From Bdellovibrionia bacterium (GTDB taxonomy: Bacteria; Bdellovibrionota; UBA1018), in assembly GCA_049424145.1 (NCBI GenBank), contig JBMSSC010000082.1, forward strand, positions 1-12,827: 12,827 nt of DNA. The letters are read 5' to 3'. Below, in pieces: positions 1-7,795 of the stretch (the stretch's first letter is position 1; each line of letters begins with the position of its first letter). Below the pieces are notes generated by a model that searched no databases, was not told where the DNA came from, and was given only the letters and a program-made list of their open reading frames with translations. Both the position numbers and the translations under genes were made by a program.

Positions 1-73
1 AGAGCGGAAAAAGCCGCTTAAGGGAATCCCCCCGCGCAAGCGGCTTGGCCCTTTATGGCGGGGAGGACGTCAA
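1..73 (+). mobile_element. Probable right end of an IS200/IS605-family (TnpB-type) element or non-autonomous derivative; the rest would lie upstream of the window
   Basis: GGAATCCCC...GCCCTTTATGGCGGGGAGGACGTCAA (23-73) matches the pattern I recognise from IS605-group right ends: GGAATC, a GC-rich subterminal hairpin (TCCCC 27-31/GGGGA 60-64, GCC 48-50/GGC 57-59), then GGA.GTCAA ending in TCAA (70-73). No tnpA/tnpB is visible in the window. Confidence 0.6.
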
Positions 74-80
74 GCCTTCA

Positions 81-2237
81 TCAGTGAGACGCGGTTTTTT
101 CGATCTTTTCAGCTGCCTCATCAAATAGGGCCATGAGCGTATACAGCTCCAAGACGCGCTCTAACTGAATTGGATCGATCAGCGGGGAAGCCTTTTGAGC
201 CTCCTCGATGAGCTTTTTTCGGTAATTGAGAAATGCAGGCGGCAGATCAGAGAGTTTCTGGGGCTGACGCTCCGGGTCCTCCCCATCGCAGATGGATTGG
301 ATTTCTTTGAAGTCTTTGGGTCTGCTCTTAAAATAGGCTGGAGCCAGGGTTTGATTGATTTGGCGGATATCCTCGCGGACTTGTTCGTCGTGAAGTTCGT
401 TCATGAGAACATCGGGATGCACGTCGCTGAAGTGTTCAACGAGCCGAGTGAAAGTGCCTTGAATGCAGCTGGGATGATCCAGTCCAACTCTCCACTCGAT
501 TTGCCCTTTTTTCTCAGCATGATCGTTATGGGCACGTTGGATGTGCGCTGCCGCTTCAATGAATCCCCAGAGTTTATTGAGGCGGTCGTTTTCTGTTGGA
601 TAAAGGGATCGATCATTCATGGCGTACCAGTTGAGGGCTAAGTACTGTGCAACGCTTAAGTGCGTTTTTGGATTTCGAATCTCTCTTTTTCGAGTCAAAA
701 GAACGGATTTTCCAATTTTTAAAACGGGTTGTTCTTCTACGAAATCGTTCTCATTTTCAGCAAAAACGCGATTGAGGAAGCGAATTGCAGCAGCCTTTTT
801 GAGTTTTTTCTCTCCGTCATTTTTTGGATCAAACTCCGCCACGGATCGATATAAGGCATGGAGTGCGTACTTCTGGTTCGGCAGAGCGCTCGGGTATCGC
901 TGATCGAGCCTGTTTACGGATAAGGTGAGCCGATGGGAGCGCTCCAAGCGCATGATCGATTCGCCTGCTCCCCAGGATGGATTGGGGTTTAGTTGTGTTG
1001 AATTCGATCTGTCAAGGACGGTTTGGATTCCGTTGATTTGTTCGATATGGCGTTCTTCTTGGCGCTTCTTCGCCTCATTCTTCCATCGGTTGAGTAATTT
1101 TTCACTTCCTTGGACTTCAGGGGTCGATTTCTTTAAGAGCCCTTTTTTTGGTAGCCCCATGATTTGGTGATAAATCTCGATTTGGGGATTGAGGTGACTG
1201 GGATGGGCCTCCCAGGTGCTATTTGCAATTTCATCTAAAGCGGTTTTTTTTTCTATGTTCCGATGTTGTGCGTTTGCACCATGGGAGAGAAGCAGGTCGA
1301 CTGCACTTGGGCTTGCCGATCGAACGGCTTCAATGAGCGGTGTGTCCTGACGGAAGTTAGTGGCATTCACTTGGGCTCCATGATCCAAAAGAAGTTGAAT
1401 GAGGGCAGGGTCTCCCGTTCGTGCTGCGTGCATGAGGGGCGTGTTTTGGTGGGGGTCGAGATGATCCACCCGGGCTTTATTTTTTAATAGTAAGGCTACG
1501 ATCTCCCGGTGGCCTTGGTTAATTGCTTCATTGAGTGCCGTGTGATGATGGTTATCCTCGTGGTTGACTTTTGCTTGATGTTTGAGAAGGAGTTCAACCG
1601 TGGTTGGGTTTCCTGATCCTGCTGCTGCCATCAGTGGGGTTTCTCCCCACGGATTGGAAACATTGGGGTTCGATCCTTTTTCTAAGAGAAGTTGAACTAA
1701 TTCTGCATCGCCTCGTTTTGATGCTCGAATGAGAGGAGTGTATTGGTTGATGGAGGCTTCCTCCAGCGACTGGCTGTGTTCTCGAAAGAGATTGAGGATT
1801 TGATCTGCTTTTTTTTTGGTCTCGGGGTCATTTGAGGTTTTAAAAAATTTGCGAGCAAGATCCCCAGAGTGCTTGCATCGCTCGGGTTTGGTTTCTAGGC
1901 CAAGCAGGAGGTTGACGACGCCCTGATGTCCGCGCTCTGCCGCAAGATCTAAGGGGGTTTTTCCATGGGAATTAGGTTGATGAAGTGGGTCGCTCGATCC
2001 TTTTAAGAGGAGGCCTTTGACGAGCGAAAGATTTCCAGACTGGGCAGCATCCCAAAGGTTTGAATCGCTTAAGCTTGTTCTGTGTTGTGGGGGCTGAAGT
2101 GGGAGCACAGGATCCTTGGGGGCTTGAATCGCTCCGGTTTCAAGATTTGGACTGAGACTTCCGTTTTCAGCTGAGAGGAGATTTGGGATTAAAATCAAAA
2201 TAGCTGGAAAATAGATGATTTTTTTGTTTTTTTTCAT
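81..2237 (-). CDS. Secreted ankyrin-repeat protein with uncharacterised C-terminal domain (718 aa)
   Basis: Basic then hydrophobic N-terminus (MKKNKKIIYFPAILILIPNLLSA) resembles a Sec signal peptide. About 7 ankyrin repeats plus a partial one (e.g. TPLDLAAERGHQGVVNLLL, TPLIRASKRGDAELVQLLL, TPLMAAAGSGNPTTVELLL, TPLMHAARTGDPALIQLLL). The ~300-aa non-repeat C-terminus carries HIQRAHN...DHPSCIQGTFTRL. Confidence 0.9.
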   Translation of the reverse strand: MKKNKKIIYFPAILILIPNLLSAENGSLSPNLETGAIQAPKDPVLPLQPPQHRTSLSDSNLWDAAQSGNLSLVKGLLLKGSSDPLHQPNSHGKTPLDLAAERGHQGVVNLLLGLETKPERCKHSGDLARKFFKTSNDPETKKKADQILNLFREHSQSLEEASINQYTPLIRASKRGDAELVQLLLEKGSNPNVSNPWGETPLMAAAGSGNPTTVELLLKHQAKVNHEDNHHHTALNEAINQGHREIVALLLKNKARVDHLDPHQNTPLMHAARTGDPALIQLLLDHGAQVNATNFRQDTPLIEAVRSASPSAVDLLLSHGANAQHRNIEKKTALDEIANSTWEAHPSHLNPQIEIYHQIMGLPKKGLLKKSTPEVQGSEKLLNRWKNEAKKRQEERHIEQINGIQTVLDRSNSTQLNPNPSWGAGESIMRLERSHRLTLSVNRLDQRYPSALPNQKYALHALYRSVAEFDPKNDGEKKLKKAAAIRFLNRVFAENENDFVEEQPVLKIGKSVLLTRKREIRNPKTHLSVAQYLALNWYAMNDRSLYPTENDRLNKLWGFIEAAAHIQRAHNDHAEKKGQIEWRVGLDHPSCIQGTFTRLVEHFSDVHPDVLMNELHDEQVREDIRQINQTLAPAYFKSRPKDFKEIQSICDGEDPERQPQKLSDLPPAFLNYRKKLIEEAQKASPLIDPIQLERVLELYTLMALFDEAAEKIEKTASH

Positions 2238-2263
2238 AGAAAAATTATTTTAATTTATTTTTA

Positions 2264-2284
2264 AAAATAGGTTTAAAATAGGTT
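2264..2284. repeat. Tandem 10-bp direct repeat AAAATAGGTT (11-bp period), candidate regulator binding site
   Basis: AAAATAGGTT at 2264-2273 and 2275-2284, in the AT-rich divergent intergenic region just upstream of the ankyrin gene start. Confidence 0.4.
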
Positions 2285-2523
2285 CATGTTCTTCATTAAA
2301 GATTAAGGCATTGCTGGGTTGAATCAAAACTTAATCCTGAATTAATACGATGGTTTGGGCCCTAATTCTCTTTTTTGCTTGTCAGGGGATTGGGGTTTTT
2401 TGAGTTGAAGCTATTTGTTAGACCCCATGCCACATTCGTGTTTCTTGTTTTTTGGGGTTGCAAAACAGTTTTCATGAGTTCTGAATGAGACGGTTCTTAA
2501 GCGAGTCTTAGGATGGGAGAGCG

Positions 2524-3450
2524 ATGATGATGAAACTACCTTCGGGATGGTATGCCTTTGGAGCAGTTCAGGAGTTTTCACGGAAAAAACCAACACCGAT
2601 GAGAAGGTTTGGCCTGGACTTGGTGGTTTGGAGAACACAAGCAGGGCAATGGGTTGTTCAAGAAGATCGATGCCCCCATCGCTCGGCTCAACTGAGCTTA
2701 GGAAGGATTGAAAAGGATTGCCTTTCCTGTCCGTTTCATGGATTTCAATTTAACGCTCACGGTCGCTGTGAGCTGATTCCAGAGGTGGGCAAGGCTGCTC
2801 CTGGGCTCCAGGTTCGTACTTTTCCCGTCCTTGAGAAGTCGATGTTTCTTTGGGTCTATTGGGGAGATCAATCTGGGGATGATCATTTTAAGGTGCCTGA
2901 AGAGATTCCCTGGTTTTTTGATTTAGACCATGCGCCCTTAGCCTATGGCCAGGTTAAGCATCGCTGGATGGCTCATTTCACACGGTGTGTGGAGAATCAA
3001 TTAGACTACGTGCACCTGCCCTTTGTTCATCGCAAAACCATTGGAAGAGGCCTGGATCCTAAGAAAAAAGTCACCTGGGAAATTTCAGAAAAAAAGATTC
3101 GTCTGCTGCTCAATCCAGAGGACTCTGAAACGAGTTTTTTTGAGTTTCTCTATCCCAACGTCTGGAGGCTTTACATTCAGCCTAAGCTCGTTCAAGTCGT
3201 CTTCTTTGTTCCTGTTGATGAGCAAGAGACAGCCATTTATCAGCGAAGCTATCAAGGTTTTCTCCAGGTCGCAGGATTAAGGAAAGCGGTGGCCTGGCTT
3301 TCGGCTCAAATGAATCGAGTGATTTTAGGCGAAGATTATGGAGTGGTCCGCAGTCAGCATCCCAGCGACGTTCGGCTGGCCCAAGACGAGAGGCTCGTTG
3401 CCAGTGATCGGGGCATTCAAGCCTTTAGGGCTTGGATCTCAGGATCGTAG
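2524..3450 (+). CDS. Rieske non-heme iron oxygenase alpha subunit (VanA/aromatic ring-hydroxylating-like)
   Basis: Rieske ligands CPHR...CPFHG, mononuclear-iron motif ENQLDYVHLPFVH, C-terminal ED (ILGEDYGVV) and the typical SD.G..AFR.W end. Three tandem ATGs follow GGGAGAG, so the true start may be 2527 or 2530. Confidence 0.9.
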   Translation: MMMKLPSGWYAFGAVQEFSRKKPTPMRRFGLDLVVWRTQAGQWVVQEDRCPHRSAQLSLGRIEKDCLSCPFHGFQFNAHGRCELIPEVGKAAPGLQVRTFPVLEKSMFLWVYWGDQSGDDHFKVPEEIPWFFDLDHAPLAYGQVKHRWMAHFTRCVENQLDYVHLPFVHRKTIGRGLDPKKKVTWEISEKKIRLLLNPEDSETSFFEFLYPNVWRLYIQPKLVQVVFFVPVDEQETAIYQRSYQGFLQVAGLRKAVAWLSAQMNRVILGEDYGVVRSQHPSDVRLAQDERLVASDRGIQAFRAWISGS

Positions 3451-3486
3451 GATTGGCCCAAAAAAAGCATTCTCCTCTTTTGGAGA

Positions 3487-4164
3487 ATGGACCTATTTTT
3501 GATTCTTGCAGCAGGCTTAATCGGTACGTCGTTGATGTTCTTGGTGATGGGATGTCTTCACCGACTTCACTGGACGGAGGTCGATTTGGTTCGATCCATA
3601 GGTGGGCTCTATACTCGCTCTAGGGGGCTTGCTACTTTGCTCGGGCTTGTGGGTGGGTACGGGGCTGGGTTTTTATTTTCTTTTCTCTACGCCCGAGCAG
3701 CTTGGATGGCGCCTTTTGTGAGTCCTGGAACAGTTCTTATGATCTGTGCTGTTTTGAGTCTGGTTCAAGGGATCTTAGTGGGGTTGTTTTTTGAGGCGGT
3801 GATTGCAGAGTTCCATCCCCTGGATCAATTTAGGACCAAGGGCTTTGCTGTGGTCTTAGGTTACACGTTTGTTCATCTTTTTTATGGGCTCGGTTTAGGA
3901 TCAGTTTTTGCCTTTGCGCTGATCCAGAATCCCAGTTTGAGGATCAGTGTGAACCCAGGTGAGTCGATGCTTGCTTTGGGAGGGAGCGGCTCAGAGATGG
4001 GCCCATCCTTGATCGGTGCGATTCTTATCCTCTTGTTTTTAGTGGGCGTGGTGTTCTTTCTGCCTGAGAAGAAAAAGACCGAAGGGGGCGCTCAGGTGAC
4101 GGACCTTGCGCGTCTCAGGGCAAAGCGAATCGAGCGTTCTCGGAAATCAAAAAAAGCGGGATGA
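3487..4164 (+). CDS. Integral membrane protein of unknown function (about 5 TM helices)
   Basis: Several hydrophobic segments, AGLIGT..M near the N-terminus, HLFYGLGLG in a late helix and a basic C-terminal tail. Lies 36 nt downstream of the Rieske gene, so probably co-transcribed. Confidence 0.75.
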   Translation: MDLFLILAAGLIGTSLMFLVMGCLHRLHWTEVDLVRSIGGLYTRSRGLATLLGLVGGYGAGFLFSFLYARAAWMAPFVSPGTVLMICAVLSLVQGILVGLFFEAVIAEFHPLDQFRTKGFAVVLGYTFVHLFYGLGLGSVFAFALIQNPSLRISVNPGESMLALGGSGSEMGPSLIGAILILLFLVGVVFFLPEKKKTEGGAQVTDLARLRAKRIERSRKSKKAG

Positions 4165-4297
4165 AAAAATTCGGATCAAAAATCCTGAAAAAAAATTCGA
4201 GGAATGAAATTGACATCCCAGTTACTCTTTTTTTTTGAGTCCGAAGAGGAGACCTCCTAGCTTGGCCTTCAGCTTTGGAGCGGGGGGCGATATTCGT

Positions 4298-4326
4298 TTG
4301 AAACTGAGCTTTTCTTACTTCATAAT
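4298..4326 (+). promoter_or_regulatory. Sigma70-type promoter for the porin gene
   Basis: TTGAAA (4298-4303), 17-nt spacer, CATAAT (4321-4326). SD-like GGAGG at 4352-4356 precedes the ATG at 4368. Confidence 0.6.
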
Positions 4327-4367
4327 TTTTTGAACGCTAGGAGAAGCTGAGGGAGGAAGCTGCGCGG

Positions 4368-5498
4368 ATGAAAAAATACAAGAAGGTTAAGTGGAGGGGT
4401 AAAGCAGAGGTGCTCTCTCTTTTTTTGGGTTTCCTGTTGTTGTGGGAGGCCAATTCATGGGCACAGTCTGATCTGAAACTCACTTGGGGTGGTTTTCTTG
4501 ATACAAATTATGCGTTTGATCTGAATTTTCCCTCAGAGCTTGATCGGGCTTTTACCACTCAGCCTGCTCGAAGCAATGAGTTTAACCTCAACTTGGGCTA
4601 TGTAGATGTTAAGATGGAGTCTTCCAAAGTTCGGGGACGCTTTGCAATTCAAATGGGGACCTCCGCTTTCAGTAACTATGCGGCTGAGCCGAGAAAAGGG
4701 CTCATCAGTGGTCCCGAGCTCTCGCGTCATGTCCAAGAAGCCACGGCAGGATATGCCGTGGGTGAGAAGACTTGGATTGATGCTGGGATTTTTTTCTCTC
4801 ATGTGGGAGCTGAGTCTTGGATTTCAAGAGATAATCTCAATCTGACTCGATCCCTAGTGGCCGATTATGCGCCTTATTATCTATCAGGGGTGAAGTTTTC
4901 GCATGTTGCCTCCGATCGACTTGCGATGCAGCTTCTGATCACCAATGGATGGCAAAATGTTTCAGAAAATAATGGGGGGAAGAATCTGGGAACGTCCCTG
5001 GAGTACTCGTGGGATCATTTGGTCTTAGCGTATAATACGATGCTCGGGATGGAAGTGTCAGGGGATCTGAGGGGCGTTGCTCGAGCGGAAGCCTTTCGGC
5101 ATTTTCATGACCTGGTTTTAAAAAGTCGGGACTGGAAAAGTTGGGAATGGATTGCGCAGTTCGATGTGGGCTTTCAAGCTCAGCCTCAAAATCAGGGTCA
5201 GAGTGTCTGGTGGGGAAGTTCTCTGATGGCACGAATTGCAATGAGTGAAAGTCAGAAGATCAGCCTCCGTTTGGAGCATTTTCAGGATCCAGATCAAATC
5301 ATCCTGGTTACGGGTCGACCGGCTGCGTTCAATGGATCGGGGGGATCCTTGGGCTTCGATCAGCAGCTTGAACATGGACTTTTGTGTCGAACGGAGCTTA
5401 GGTACTTAGTGGCTACGGAAAACCTATTTCCAAAGGGAAGGGATCAGTGGGCTCAGCAGAACCTGACCCTCACGACCTCACTGGCCTTGTCATTTTAA
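4368..5498 (+). CDS. Outer-membrane beta-barrel porin (BBP2/OmpL-like family)
   Basis: Signal peptide ending ANSWA-Q. Family-like motifs DTNYAFD, NEFNLNLG, DAGIFFSHVGAES, TRSLVADYAPYYLSG and NGWQN. C-terminal amphipathic strand ends in Phe (SLALSF). Confidence 0.8.
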   Translation: MKKYKKVKWRGKAEVLSLFLGFLLLWEANSWAQSDLKLTWGGFLDTNYAFDLNFPSELDRAFTTQPARSNEFNLNLGYVDVKMESSKVRGRFAIQMGTSAFSNYAAEPRKGLISGPELSRHVQEATAGYAVGEKTWIDAGIFFSHVGAESWISRDNLNLTRSLVADYAPYYLSGVKFSHVASDRLAMQLLITNGWQNVSENNGGKNLGTSLEYSWDHLVLAYNTMLGMEVSGDLRGVARAEAFRHFHDLVLKSRDWKSWEWIAQFDVGFQAQPQNQGQSVWWGSSLMARIAMSESQKISLRLEHFQDPDQIILVTGRPAAFNGSGGSLGFDQQLEHGLLCRTELRYLVATENLFPKGRDQWAQQNLTLTTSLALSF

Positions 5499-5560
5499 GG
5501 CCCACTCCGGAGCACAGTTTAAGCTTGAGCCGATTTCACGTCGCAGGCAAGAACCCAGTG

Positions 5561-7435
5561 TCAACGAAAGACGACGTTCTCCAGCAGGATGAGCGCAATG
5601 CCAATGATGGATCCGCCTGCAACGACACCTGCACAGAGGGTTTCTTGATTGGCAACAAAGGTTCGGTAACCCAGAGTCTTAGGGTCTGTAAACTTGCGTG
5701 CTGCGATCCAAAAAATGAGAGCTCCCAGGGCCATGGAAAGAGAGTCCGAAAAGCGCAGAACAAAACCCAGTCCTAAGCCCACGCCTGAGATGGGGAATCG
5801 TCCCTGGGTTTTCTTATTCATCACTTCACAGAAGATGCCTAAAAAGGCGCCGATGAGGACGGCAAGCTTCGCCGTGGGATGCAGGGTGCTTAAACCATGA
5901 GTGAGGGTTTCAGCAACGGCTCTCCAAATGGCAGCTCCGGGCATGGGTAGCTTCTCCGAGGTGAGAAGGGAAATATCTCGATGAAAAATAGCATAAAATG
6001 CAGGTACGGAGACCAGTGCGCCCACTAAGATGCCTAAGCAGTGGCCTAGGGCCTGATGCCTAGGCTTACCGCCCAGCATGTAGCTGGGCTTAATGTCCAT
6101 GAGTAGGTTGCTTGCATTCAGGGAGACTTCTGAGGTGATGCCCGCGGTCATCAGGTTGGTGGTGATGCTTCCTGGAGCCAAAACGCTGTAGGAGATTTGA
6201 GTCAGCTTACCTAAGGCTCCGCCTGGAGTGATGGCGGTGAGCCCCGTGGAGGTGACTGCAATGAGGGTGAAGAGAAAAACCATGGGAATCGCCAAAGCAC
6301 CGAGCCAGAGTTTGATCCCAAAGAACCAATGTCCCAGCAGAACAGTGAGCAGACCGATGACGGGAATGCCCACGGCAAAGATCCACATGGGGAGTTCGAG
6401 GTGGGCAAGTGGGTCTTTTCTCTTGGGTGATTTTAGGGAGAGTTTTTTAAACGATTCGATGAAGATCTGCGGTTTAGAGAAGAAGGAATAAAGAGAGGAG
6501 GTGGTCATGATGGAGACGCCTCCCCAGAGCGCCCACATGGTGATGTTCTTAAATCCTGGGGCTGGAATCACTCCCTTTTGAATGAGTAGAGGGGCTAGGA
6601 AGGCATAGTTGAGCAGAGCACCCAAAAGCAGAGAGAGCGCGGTTTTGATGTTCATCAGTCCGCCGGTTCCCATCATCACGATCGAAGAGTCCAGTTGAAG
6701 GGTGAGGTCCTTCAGCGGGGTGCCCAGAAGTGTGGGGGTGAAGAAGCGGTAAATCCATTGATCCCAAGTCTCAGGTAGGGTGAGGAATCGGAGCCTTAGG
6801 ATTCCCATCAGTCTTTCGCTTTTCATGATCTCAATGAGGGAGGAGAGGCTCATGCCACCGAGGAGAAGTTTGGCTTTAAAAACGCCCTCTTGTCCCTGTT
6901 CACTGTGTAGACTGTCTAAGACGACTCCGGCCGCGTATCCCTCGGGAAAAGGCAGTTGTTCGTCATTAATGAAGCGTTTTTTAAGAGGGAAGGCAAAGAG
7001 GACTCCCAAAAGGGCTAAAAGGATGATCCAAAAAAAGGTCTGCAGCATCGGAATCACGGTTCCGGTGACCAGCATGTAGGCTGGGATCGACGCCATGAGG
7101 GGGGCCGTCATATAACCTGCGCTCGTGGCAATGGACTGCATGGCATTGTTTTCTAAAATCGTCATTTCTTTCCCGAGCTTAAAGCGCGAGAGGACCTTGA
7201 AAAAGGCAAAGGAAAGAATGACTGAGGAAATCCCGACGCCCAGAGTCCAGCCCGTTTTAATCCCGATGTAGAGATTGGTGAGGCTTAAAAGTCCTCCTAA
7301 CATCATGCCCGTGATGGCCGATCTGAAGTTGAGTTGGGGCATATCCCCTTGATAGAGGTTTTCCAGCCACCAACGGTCCTTTTCTTCTAGGCTTAAGGTT
7401 CGGATTTGTTCTTCACTGAGTTCTTGGATGGCCAT
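5561..7435 (-). CDS. OPT/YSL-family oligopeptide transporter
   Basis: Motifs NLYIGIKTGW, ILENNAMQSIATSAG, LPFPEGYAA, ALGKLTQ, LLMDIKPSYMLG and PMPGAAIW, with many TM helices. The ORF is open from 7483, but MAIQELSEEQ at 7435 looks like the more plausible start (the AGGAG at the 7483 start abuts the ATG with no spacer). Confidence 0.9.
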   Translation of the reverse strand: MAIQELSEEQIRTLSLEEKDRWWLENLYQGDMPQLNFRSAITGMMLGGLLSLTNLYIGIKTGWTLGVGISSVILSFAFFKVLSRFKLGKEMTILENNAMQSIATSAGYMTAPLMASIPAYMLVTGTVIPMLQTFFWIILLALLGVLFAFPLKKRFINDEQLPFPEGYAAGVVLDSLHSEQGQEGVFKAKLLLGGMSLSSLIEIMKSERLMGILRLRFLTLPETWDQWIYRFFTPTLLGTPLKDLTLQLDSSIVMMGTGGLMNIKTALSLLLGALLNYAFLAPLLIQKGVIPAPGFKNITMWALWGGVSIMTTSSLYSFFSKPQIFIESFKKLSLKSPKRKDPLAHLELPMWIFAVGIPVIGLLTVLLGHWFFGIKLWLGALAIPMVFLFTLIAVTSTGLTAITPGGALGKLTQISYSVLAPGSITTNLMTAGITSEVSLNASNLLMDIKPSYMLGGKPRHQALGHCLGILVGALVSVPAFYAIFHRDISLLTSEKLPMPGAAIWRAVAETLTHGLSTLHPTAKLAVLIGAFLGIFCEVMNKKTQGRFPISGVGLGLGFVLRFSDSLSMALGALIFWIAARKFTDPKTLGYRTFVANQETLCAGVVAGGSIIGIALILLENVVFR

Positions 7436-7558
7436 CTTGAGTTGTATCCCTAGGTTGAGATTGGTGAACCAAGCCTCAGTCATCTCCTAGGAGTTCAAGG
7501 AAGATCAAGTTCTTTTGCGTCTGAGAGCCTGGGTCGAACTAATTTTAAAAGGAGATGA

Positions 7559-7588
7559 TTGACGGCTTGGGGAGTTTTAGGATAAGGT
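7559..7588 (+). promoter_or_regulatory. Candidate sigma70 promoter for the rpmI operon
   Basis: TTGACG (7559-7564), 18-nt spacer, TAAGGT (7583-7588). The TAAGGT could instead be the SD of rpmI. Confidence 0.4.
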
Positions 7589-7597
7589 GCGGCCCTT

Positions 7598-7795
7598 ATG
7601 AAGTTAAAGACTAAGAAAGCAGCTGCAAAACGATTTTCATTCACCGCAACCGGCAAAGTGAAGTTTAAGCGGACTAATAAACGCCACAATTTAGGCAATA
7701 AAAGTTCGGCCCGCAAGCTCAAGCTTCGTAAAGGCGGATATGTATTTGACGGCGACATTAAGCACGTCGAAAAATGCATGCCCTACGGCGCTTAG
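7598..7795 (+). CDS. rpmI: 50S ribosomal protein L35
   Basis: MKLKTKKAAAKRFSFTATGKVK...RHNL..KS; 65 aa; directly upstream of rplT. Confidence 0.97.
   Translation: MKLKTKKAAAKRFSFTATGKVKFKRTNKRHNLGNKSSARKLKLRKGGYVFDGDIKHVEKCMPYGA

Noticed and set aside
195..1487. Several + strand ORFs (195-641, 619-903, 925-1170, 1263-1487) and the nested - strand ORF 401-616
   Set aside because: Shadow ORFs of the ankyrin gene with no recognisable motifs.
4146..4200. Imperfect A-rich repeats (AAAAAATTCG twice) after the membrane protein gene
   Set aside because: Low complexity, only two copies and no spacer structure; not a CRISPR array or a convincing operator.
4210..4240. Perfect TTGACA at 4210-4215
   Set aside because: No plausible -10 hexamer at 16-18 nt spacing; the region is a T-run.
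4276..4330. GGAGCGGGGG resembling the 5' part of the c-di-AMP (ydaO) riboswitch upstream of the porin
   Set aside because: The downstream conserved elements (e.g. the CCCG..AGCUAAC segment) are absent and the following sequence is an AT-rich promoter.
7555..7614. Short ORF after AAGGAG overlapping the rpmI start out of frame
   Set aside because: The SD abuts the ATG with no spacer, the ORF overlaps the predicted promoter, and it has no leader-peptide features.
5447..7779. Alternate-frame and antisense ORFs over the OPT gene and rpmI (e.g. 5447-5776, 6780-7079, 7495-7779)
   Set aside because: They overlap well-supported genes and have no independent coding evidence.
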